Shown: piece after piece, positions 10,345 through 19,895 of the stretch
Layout of the letters: every line of letters begins with the position of its first letter
How positions within the stretch are numbered: position 1 is the first letter of the stretch
From: Leucoraja ocellata
Lineage: Eukaryota
Assembly: GCA_036785375.1 (NCBI GenBank)
Contig: JAWMAR010000006.1
Coordinates: 6,758,001 to 6,822,000 of the forward strand
Reading direction: 5' to 3'
Length of the DNA stretch: 64,000 nucleotides
Translations under genes and position numbers: made by a program
The notes under the pieces: model-generated
What the model was told of the DNA's origin: nothing
Database searches by the model: none
The model's input: the letters and a program-made list of their open reading frames with translations, nothing else

Positions 10345-11668
10345 TTTCTATGTTTCTATACCAAGCCAGTCATCATTACGGAAAAATTGTGTTGACAGCA
10401 ACTTTAACATTGTTGTGCAGAAAATTAGAGATTAAATTGCATGCTACAAAATATGGATCTCAATAGACGAGACAACTGATGCTGTGGGGAGATATGTTGC
10501 CAATGTGGTCATCGGTACACTGGAGGCAGGTCAACCATCAAAGGAGTATTTGTTGACATCGGAGGTATTGGAGAAGTCAAACAGCTCAAATATTGCTCAG
10601 TAGTTTACATCTTCACTTGCTGTACTTTGGCCAGAAGGTATAAAACACGAGAATGTTCTTCTGTTTGTGACTGATGCAGCGCCATACATGAAAAAAAGGT
10701 GCTCGTGCTCTTAAAGTTTTATTGTCCAAAATGTTGCATTTGACATGCTTAGCTCAAGGACTTCATAGAATTGCCAAGCACATAGGTAGCCTATTTCCAA
10801 ATGTCGATCGCCTAGTTTCCAATGTCAAGAAAATCTTCCTCAAAGCACCGTCACGTGTGCAGTTGCTCAAGGAAATGGCACCCAAGATTCTGCTACCTTC
10901 TCAGCCCGTTTTGCCTAGGTGGGGTACTCTGCTGTACTCCACTATGCTGCAAATTTTGAAATGATAAAATAAATCATCAACTGTTTTGAAGAAGAAGAAT
11001 CTGATGCAGTCAGGATCGTCAGTGAAATCATGCAGGAAAAAATCCTCCACCGCGACCTTGTGTTTATTGCTTCCAATTTTGCAAACTTCTCACAAGCTAT
11101 CACTTCCCTTGAGAAACGTGGCAAAACATTAGTCAATAACTTGCAGGTATTCAACAAAGTAACTGACCATATTCGTAAAGTTCCTGGCGATGCAGGTAAA
11201 GTTATGCAAGGAAAATGTGAGAGAGTGATTTTAGCTAACAAAGATCTTGAAGAAATACAAAACATATCTAAAGTTCTCAAAGGTAGTTGTAATGCACAAG
11301 ATAATGACATGAATATAGAGTCTGTAGCTTGTTTCGGGTATGCACCGTGACTTCAGCTGAGGTACAAATAGGTTTTTCACAACTGAAGCATATTCTGTCT
11401 GACAGACGGCATAATTTAATACCAGATAATTTGAAAAAAAAATGCTAGTAAATATGTGCAACCACTTTGGTCGTTTAATGTAGTATAACTATATTATCAT
11501 TTTCAACCATATTTTGGTGGTGGAAATACATGCCTTTTTATGCCTTTTTTGTCAATAAATGCCTTTCCGTGCCTTTTTTGTAATTTTATTTAGCCCTTTT
11601 GCCTGCGTGATTTCAGTCTTTTTCAGTCTTATTTCAGTCTTTTTAGTGCCTAAACATCCTGGTCTACT
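10345..11668 (+). mobile_element. Degenerate hAT-superfamily transposon (CGGBP-related transposase type), 3' part
   Basis: Broken frame IWISIDETTDAVGRYVANVVIGTL...LFVTDAAPYM...HLTCLAQGLHRIA...VKKIFLKAPSR...PRWGT; tgcct-rich subterminal repeats at 11530-11655. Confidence 0.8.
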
Positions 11669-11961
11669 CATCAGTTACATCATCGTCCTTCCCCTGCTCC
11701 CCACCACCTCTGCTGTCCGGCGCAGAGCCCACCACTGCACCTGGAAGAATATTTTTTCCCGGTACCTCGATGAACTGGACGTTCGGTACATATCCAATGG
11801 AATCCCGCGTTTCAAATGATGGGTGAGTTGCTATCTTTCATTCCGAGGAACGTCGGAGTTGGTGGGGAGAGGAGAGAAAGGAGGAGGCGTGGGGAGACAA
11901 GCTGAGGCGAGAGTCACAGCCCAAGGAATAAAAGGTGGGCGAGGTTGGAGTTTTATTATGA

Positions 11962-12079
11962 GGTATTGTGTGTTGATTGATGATTAAACAAATGAATTTA
12001 ATTCATTTTAGAATAAGGCTGTAACGTAACAAAATGTAGAAAAAGTGAAGGGGTCTGAATACTTTCCGAATGCACTGTA
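11962..12079 (+). mobile_element. Tc1/mariner terminal inverted repeat fragment
   Basis: aataaggctgtaacgtaacaaaatg...aaggggtctgaatactttccgaatgCACTG followed by TA, a typical vertebrate Tc1 end. Confidence 0.8.
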
Positions 12080-12589
12080 TACGATCTTTTTATATACTAA
12101 CATTTCCTTAAGGGCTACTTGAATGACTCGTAGCACTAAACTGATCACAACATGCTGATAGTGTGCGATGGAACCTCACATTGCCCTCGTTCGAGACGCG
12201 CACCGTGGGACCTGGCCTCAGATGGAGGGATAAGGTAAGGTTTACAGAACAACTGGACATAGGGTGAGGCAATTGCAAAGGTAGAATTAAGTTGTTATTT
12301 ACCTCTGATAAACCGTCTTTTCAAGAAGAGAATTTCAAAGGCGTGCGACCCTCCGAGAAAAAACAAAACAAAGTTCTCTCAACTCTGTCTTAAAATCTTT
12401 AATGTCTCATCCCCTCTCCCTCTCAGATCACCCTCTCACTAGACTCATGTACCCAGTCACCAGCACACAACACAAATTCGGGTTTTAACGCTTCGATCCA
12501 GTCTAGATCCATCTTAGGTCTAGAACTCTCCCATTTCTGATAACCAGCCCTTCCAGTTTGTGACAGAAGTGATCTGTTCTGTTCAATGG

Positions 12590-13918
12590 CCCGCAATGTA
12601 TCTTCTACTTAAATGCTCTCCGCCGATCCTGCCCGACCACCTGAATACTCCCAACCGTCGTAATATTTACCTCTTTTATTATCCGACACAAACACCAAAT
12701 GTTTTATTGTCGTTTTATTATCACTATCAACCCTTCAAATAACCCGCCATTGCAGTTTATTTCTGAATTGGTCAATTCTGGTGAAAGGTCATTGCCCGCA
12801 ATGTTCAGTTTTAAAGTTCTTCACAGAGGGATTCGGGTCCCATTCACTGTGGGGGAGGGCAGGTGCGATTCTCACCAGACCCGGAGCTCCGACCTCAATC
12901 GGTGCAGCGAAGGCAATCGCTGAGCAGCGGTTCCCGCAAAGGAGCGGCGGTCAAAGGGAGAGGAGGCAAGGACTGGGGAACTGGAGAGGGGCTTTTTATT
13001 GGGCGGGTGTCTGCAGGAGAGTTCATCGTCACCGGGAGGATTGGAGTTTCCGTGAAATTCAAGGGGAGATTCCGCTGTGGGATCCCCATACAATAGTGAA
13101 ACGTGAGTTCCACTGCCTCAACAACCCCGGGTTGTCTCCAGTCGCCAATGTTCTGTCCACGCCGTGACACCGGGCCCCACTTTAGGAAGCTGGGGGCCCT
13201 CATGTTCACTTGGACAAAACCGGCACAAAAGCGGGCGAACTATAGTCTGAAACCGCGCGAACTCTGGAGAGAAGTTTGTCTCAGAAACACAATATTCACA
13301 ACAAGCACATTTTTGAATTATCAAAATGTTTCACGAAAAAGAGAGACTTGGTCATGAAAAAGCAGTACCAAAAATAGCTAAACACAACAATATTGACTCA
13401 AATAATTCAAAAATGTGCTTGTTGTGAATCGTATAACTCAATTGGATTGGAAAATCAACATTTTCTCCGTGAAATTAGCCAGGAAATAATAAAGGTTCAA
13501 GTACGTGTTGCCAGCTGACCGCATTCTCGCGGTTAGTAATTGCTGGAGGGATTTCCCATACACTTAACCGTCACAATTGCCTTCGCCTTGTTTATGAGCA
13601 ATTCGTAAACGACGAGGGAGCTGTTAAACCGCAAGGAAAAGCGGCCGCTGTTCAACTGAGACCCATAGCTTGGGCTAGTGCAGGTGTGATGGTCGGAGAC
13701 AATCCATTGCGCATTTGTTCCCGGTGTCTGCTTGTACCAGCTAACAACGTGGCCATCTTTTATATCGATGCAAAATTCCAGCGTAGCCGTGTCTCCTGGA
13801 GTCACCGACACGGCCACACGTTGAGTTCGCGTCTGACACTCCCCAGCTGTAAAAAAGCAGGAATTCAACTTTAACCATCGATTGACTTTTCAATGCGAAC
13901 TCAACAGTCCACATCACA
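12590..13918 (-). pseudogene. Inverted Ig light-chain pseudo-cluster: V fused to J tail (13846-13568), J-C intron copy, C exon deleted, leader missing
   Basis: V-like ORF 13533-13868 lacks YYC and RSS; continues into the reverse complement of 5833-6611, then jumps to the homologue of ~8044-8140; J donor GT changed to TT. Confidence 0.88.
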
Positions 13919-13924
13919 TGAAAG

Positions 13925-14290
13925 TTTATACAAGTTGAGGGAAATCGATGTCACAGTCTACCCCCCCCCCCCCCCCCCCCCCAGAATAGTGGGGTCTGAT
14001 ACAAGAGGTCATAGCTTTAAGGTGAGAGGTGAACAATGTAAGGGGGGACATAAGGGGTAGTCACATATTCCCAGACACAGAGTGATGAGTATATGAATCG
14101 AGCTGCAAGAGGAGATTGTGGCGGTGTTCGAATTACAACCTTTGAAAAAGCATTTAGATAAGTACATGGGTGGGAAATATGTAAGGGGATATAGACCAAA
14201 TGCAGGAAAATGGGAAATGCAGGAATCTTGGTTGACATGGAAAATTCAGGCTAAAGTGTCAGTTTGGTGCTGTTTAATTAACTAAACCTA
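13925..14290 (+). mobile_element. Decayed CR1 3' fragment with poly-C tract where the inverted copy's leader would be
   Basis: agaggtcatagctttaaggtgagagg...gcatttagataagtacatgg...aaatgcagg motifs of CR1 3' ends. Confidence 0.65.
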
Positions 14291-14309
14291 TGATGTCAGT
14301 CCAAATGTG

Positions 14310-14400
14310 CGGACGAACGTTGGTCTTAGTGTATACAGTGTATACTGTTATATACAGTTGGTCTTAGTGTATACAGTGTAAACAGTGTATACTGTCGGAC
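14310..14400. repeat. Short palindromic tandem repeat
   Basis: ttggtcttagtgtatacagtg twice; repeated near-palindromic cagtgtatactg units; cggac at both ends. Confidence 0.75.
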
Positions 14401-14539
14401 AGACCAAAACACTCGATGGGAGCTCATTAATCTTTGAGGGGAGGACACATTCCATCTTCCGGACTGCGTCCAATCTCCAGGCCCACACGAAGGCCCTCTG
14501 AAATGGTCCAGCAATCTAGAAAGTGTCTGCAAACATCGA

Positions 14540-16100
14540 TAAGGCGGTGCGAGGAGCATCTCCGGACTGAGACATGGAGCGTGGCAACAACTGAATCAGG
14601 AAAATGGAGGGAGAAGGTGGGGAATCTCAGAAAACAAACGACCATTGTGTCGACCTACTCAACAGATTGTGTTTACCAGATCAGTCAGTGGCTGACATTG
14701 TCACCGCCTCAACCCGACCGTGTTTGATGGCAAATGGAAGGGTTTCAGATCCGCGCTCTGGTCGCTCAGTGTGACCCGCCCTGATTTGCACGGATTTCCT
14801 TCCTGTGTCAAAGGCTCTATGAGTGGGTTCCATCGGCAGCGGCGTCCACATTCTGTCACATTGGCTGGAGCGAGGCAGGGAGCTGAAGGCAGCAACCATG
14901 CGGACGCGGTGCTTTTTCTGAACTCTGGCAGTGGCTGGGCTGTAAATACAGACGGCAAGTCTGCCCCGCCAGCGGGTGTGATTTGGTCTCTGGGGGTCAC
15001 ATTAAAGAGTCATTGGTTAAAATTGAATTCCTGCTCTTTTACAGCTGGAGAGAGTCAGACTCTGACTCAACCTGCGACCGTGTCGGTGAATCCAGGAGAC
15101 ACGGCCACATTGAAATGTAGCATCGATATAAAGGATGGCAATTATGTTCATTGATTTAAGCATTCACCGGGAATAAATCCTCAGCGGGTCCTCCATTACT
15201 CAAGTTCACAAGTGCATAGAAACATAGAAAAATAGGTGCAGGAGGAGGCCATTGGGCCCCTTGAGCCAGCACCGCCATTCAATGTGATCATCGCTGATCA
15301 TCTAAAATCAGTGCAGATGTTATATGAGTTGAATTAGGCCATTCGGTCCATCGAGTCCACTACGCCATTCAATTATGGCTGACCTCTGCCTCTTAATCCC
15401 ATTTTCCTAATCGCATTTTCCTGCCTTCTCCTCGCAACCTTTCACTCCAGTTCTAATCAAGAATGTGCCTATCTTCGCCTTAAAAATATCAATTGAATTG
15501 GCCTCTGTAGCCTTCTGTGAAGGAATCCCACAGATTCACCACCCTCTGATTTTTCACCCTCAGAAATTTCTCCTCATCTCCTTCCTAAAACTTCCTTTAA
15601 TTCTGAGCCTATGACTTCTAGTTCTAGACTCTCTCACTAATGGAAACATCCTCTCCACATCCACTCTATCCAAGTAAAGCCTTTCACTATTCTACGTTTC
15701 AATGAGGTCCCCCCTCAAACTTCAAAACTCCAGCGAGTAGAGGCCCAGTGCTGTCAAACGCTCAACATATGCTAACCCACTCATTCCTGGAATCATTTTT
15801 GTAAACCTCCTCTGGACCCTCTCCAGAGCCAGCAGATCCATCCTCAGATATGGGGTCCAGATTTGCTCACAGTACTCCAAATGCGGCCTGACCATTACAT
15901 CTCTGTGTTTTTTTTTGTATTCCTGTCCTCTTGATATAAATGCTAGCATTGAATTTGCCTTCCTTATTACCGATTCGACTTCCAAATTAACTTTTTGGGA
16001 GTCCTGAACCAGCACTCATGTCCCATTTGCACCCCCTATTACTGGATTCTCTGGATCGAGCTGATGGATGTTCGGACCAGGACCAAGTGTCTGGGAAATC
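14540..16100 (+). pseudogene. Ig light-chain pseudogene: promoter, leader (ATG 14898, premature TGA), V 5' half (15045-15199, Trp to stop), LINE insertion, then V-end/J remnant (16031-16100)
   Basis: Colinear with 4605-5255; after the LINE reads tattactgg...tgg...ttcggaccaggaccaag then tgtctgggaaatc, matching J and the start of the J-C intron. Confidence 0.88.
15201..16015 (-). mobile_element. CR1/HER1-like LINE 3' fragment (with a second nested tail) interrupting the pseudo-V
   Basis: ORF 15722-16015 KANSMLAFISRG..VRPHLEYC.Q.W.PYLR.D..ALERVQRRFTKMIPG. Confidence 0.9.
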
Positions 16101-17429
16101 CTTTCGACTCGGTCCTGATGCAGTATCCGGATCGGAAGAATTGCTTCCTCAATTCTCACGCAGATACTGCTTGCCTCGCCCATTTCAACCAGCAGATTTA
16201 TTTTGCTGCTGATTAGATTTTTAAAATATCTATCTACACACACACTCACTCACCCACACACTCCCACTCCCCCTCCCATATCCTCTCAGTTTTCGCTGCT
16301 AATGAGGACATGGATTAAATGTTAACACAGATACGCTGATTATCGTCGGGTTCCGCTGATATCAATTATGTGTAAATCATTTAGCATCTAATAATTTGCT
16401 ATTTATTAGTGAAGTGTTTTCTCGTCCATTGGTGTTGACCTTTCTGCTACTAAATGTGGTTATTGCAAGATGCTAAAACGTCTGTCAATTTAAGGCTACG
16501 TGTTCGCCGGAGGCCAAACAGTAATAAGTTTCCGCCCAGTTGCCGGGAGATTTTTTCTGCCATTTCTAAGCGTTAATGTGGTTAGCGATAGCTAAACACA
16601 AGGGTTTCGGCCCGAAACGTTGCCTATTTCCTTCGCTCCATAGATGCTGCTGCACCCGCTGAGTTTCTCCAGCTTTTTTGTGTAACCTAATTGTTCACTC
16701 GGGTTGGGTTATTTCATTGCGTCCGACTAATGGTATTTTTGTATTGAAATGCTGATTACACTTGGTCCCGCTCTTGTTCACTCGGTGCTACTTGCTGTCG
16801 AATGTTATTACCACAGTTAATGAGAATAAAAAACCCCACAAATGCTAGAAATATCAAATCAATGCTGCAAATGCTGCAAGCACGTGGAAAGCGAAACGAT
16901 TGTCGTGTGAGGTTCGAGACTCTACGACCCCGACCTGAAACGTTAATTCTGTATAATTTTTAGCTGAGAATGAACAATTTTCCTGCTTCTCCTGCTTTAT
17001 CACAACATTTCTGTGAATTTTGCTTCAGCTTTTTACCATGCAATAAATGTTCTGTGTTGTTAATTTTGCACTGGCTGTTAATTAGTTTCTACTAATATGG
17101 TGATAAGTGCTGGTTTATTCTTTGGTCTGTTGGAGTAACTAATGATGTCGTTTTATGTTCACATGAGCGGTGACTTTGCAATGCAATTATCACCTTCCTT
17201 AAAATACTTTTGCTGGTGTTTTGAACAGTTGATGTAGACTATCTGGAACTATTATCCAAGGCTGAATGGAGAGCGGTGTTGAATTAATTTATGTGCTTAA
17301 TTTGCAGTTTATGCCCTCAACGATACTTCTCTCGCCGTCCTGCTAGTTTCATTGTTGTATCTTTTCGTGGTCACCCTTTTCCACAGCCAACGGCCACAAA
17401 CCATGGTCTCCACCTTTCCTCGATCACGG

Positions 17430-18580
17430 TTTAGTTTAGAGATATAGCGCGGAAATGAGGTCAAGTCAAGTCAAGTCAAGTCAAGTCAAGTTTATTTGTC
17501 ACATACACATAAGAGATGTGCAGTGAAATGAAAGTGGCAATGCTCGCGGAACAACAAAACAACCAAACAAATTATAAACACAATCATAACACACATATTA
17601 TTTTACATAATAAATAATAGAAGGAAAAACGTTCTGTACAGTTAGTCCCTGGTGAGAAAGGCGTTTACAGTCCGAATTGCCTCTGGGAAGAAACTCCTTC
17701 TCAACCTCTCCGTTCTCACCACATGGCAACGGAGGCGTTTGCCTGACCGTAGCGGCTGGAACAGTCCGTTGCAGGGGTGGAAGAGGTCTCTCATGATTTT
17801 GTTTGCTCTGGAGTTGCACCTCCTGTTGTATAGTTCCTGCAGGGGGGCGAGTGAAGTTCCCATAGTGCGTTTGGCCGAACGCACTACTCTCTGCAGAGCC
17901 TTCTTGTCCTTGGCAGAGCAATTCCCGAACCAGATGGTAATGTTCCCGGACAAGATGCTTTCCGCCGTTGGGTAGAAGCACTGGAGGATCCTCGGAGACA
18001 CTCTGAATTTCCTTAATTGCCTGAGGTGGTAAAGGCGCTGCCTTGCCTTACTCACCAGTGCTGAGGCGTGTGATGACCATGTCATATCCTCAGAGATGTG
18101 GACTCCCAGATATTTAAAACAGTTCACCCTATCCACAGGATCCCCATTTATACTCAATGGAGTGTACGTCCTCGGATGATGTGCCCTCCTAAAGTCCATG
18201 ATCAGCTCCTTCGTTTTTTTAATGTTCAAGAGGAGGCTGTTCTCCTGGCACCAGAGTGCTAGATCAGCCACCTCCTCCCGGTAGGCCCTCTCATCATTGT
18301 CTGAGATCAGGCCCACCACCACAGTGTCATCAGCAAACTTAATTATTGAATTGGAGCTGAACCTACCCTTCGGGCAATCGATCCCCGCACAGTAACACTA
18401 TCTTACACACACTAGGGACGAACAAACCTGTACGTCTTTGGAGTGTGGAAGCAAACTGAAGATCTCTGAGAAAACCCACGGGGAGCACATACAAACTCCG
18501 TACAGATAGCACCGTGGTCAGGATCGAACCGGGTCTCTGGCGCTGTAAGCACTGAAAGGCAACAACTCTAGCACTATGCC
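17430..18580 (-). mobile_element. V-SINE/HE1-like SINE split by a Rex1 insertion (SINE parts ~17430-17458 and ~18366-18580)
   Basis: gtttagtttagagata...gcggaaa start resumes after the Rex1 copy with gatccccgcac..aaactccgtacag..caggatcgaacc (tRNA B-box-like on the minus strand). Confidence 0.7.
17459..18362 (-). mobile_element. Rex1/Babar LINE, 5'-truncated, open RT C-terminal frame
   Basis: IIKFADDTVVVGLISDNDERAYREEV...KTKELIMDFRR...FKYLGVHISEDMTW...KARQRLYHLRQL; (CTTGA)n 3' tail at 17459-17490. Confidence 0.92.
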
Positions 18581-18959
18581 GCTTTGATTTGTGCTTCTCA
18601 AACCTTCCATTCATTTGTTGTGTGTACCCTTTTATACATCTAACCCCCCTCTTGCATGACTCTCTGATTCTCGACCCGAAATGTCACCTATCCCTTTTCT
18701 CGAGAGATGCTGCCTGACCCACGGAGTTCCCAGCATGTTGTATCTATTTCCAACACTATTAAACTGTTTGGTTAACAATGGCGGGAATATATTTATGACA
18801 TTTTATAATGTGAGTTTTTAAAGAGGTCTTGTATCAATTTGCTCATGGACCAGAGCGACGTGAAGCCTTTCCTGGTACGCTCCCTTATTTTAGCAAACGC
18901 GGCAAAGGGCTGTGAATGCATCCCAGACGCAAGAATTACGCTAAGGAGCGGGCGATAAC

Positions 18960-19322
18960 TCCTATAGAAACATATCCATTTATTAAGGGATTGGACACGC
19001 CAGATGCAGGAAACCGATGTTGGGAGAATCCAGAACCAGGGGTCACAATTTTTAGAATTAGGGATAGGCCATTTAGAACGGAGATGAGGAAAAACTTTTT
19101 CACCCAGTGTTGTGAATCTGTGGAACTCTGCGTCTCAGAAGGCAGTGGAGTGCAACTCGCTGGATGCTTTCAAGATGAGCTCTTAGCGATAGCGGAGTCA
19201 CGAGATATGGCGAGAAGGCAGGAACGGGGTACTGATTGTGGATGATCAGCCATGATCATATTGAATGGCGGTGCTGGCTCGAAGGACCGAATGGCCTGCT
19301 CTTGCACCTATTGTCTATTGTC
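18960..19322 (+). mobile_element. CR1/HER1-like LINE 3' end
   Basis: IETY..IKGLD...RPFRTEMRKNFFTQ; gatgatcagccatgatcatattgaatggcgg 3'UTR motif. Confidence 0.85.
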
Positions 19323-19567
19323 TAATATCTTGATTTTCACATTTTTGATATTTCGTTTTGTGAGTCTGTGCCTGCGATGCTGCTGCAAGGGAGGTTTCGG
19401 CGTCCCTGTACCTACCTCCCCGTACTTTTGCACCTAGCAATAAACGCGACTTGAAATATCACCACTGGGTAAAATAAAATATTTGCAAAAATGCCCAATC
19501 ATCTCCTGGGCTGCCTCGTTTAAGAAGTTTCCGGTTGTTCCAGGGGAGTTTATAACCGAGCACTTCG

Positions 19568-19895
19568 AGTTTAGAATTTTAGAGATACTGCGCGGAAACG
19601 GGCTCTTCAACCGCCGACCCCGTGTCGACCAGTGATCCCCGCTCAGTAATACTATCCCACACGCGCTCTAGGGACAATTTACAATTTTTACCGAAGCCAA
19701 TTGACCCTCAATCCTTAAACCTGATGTGAGGGGAAACCGGAGCACCCGGAGAAAACCCACGCAGTCACGGGGGCGGGGGGGGGGGGGGTGTGTACAAACT
19801 CCGTACAGACAGACAGACTGGGTAAACAGGGTCGAACCTAGGTCTCGGGCGCGGTAATATATGCACCAACTCGACCGCAGCGCCACCTTGCCGCC
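19568..19895 (-). mobile_element. V-SINE/HE1-like SINE
   Basis: Same architecture as the copies at 22525-22700 and 36768-37020 (ggaaaccggagcacccggagaaaacccacgc, aaactccgtacagac). Confidence 0.75.

Noticed and set aside
13568-15199. Pseudo-V segments as gene-conversion donors for the live V
   Set aside because: No shared tracts visible and templated diversification is not established in cartilaginous fish; nothing in the sequence supports it
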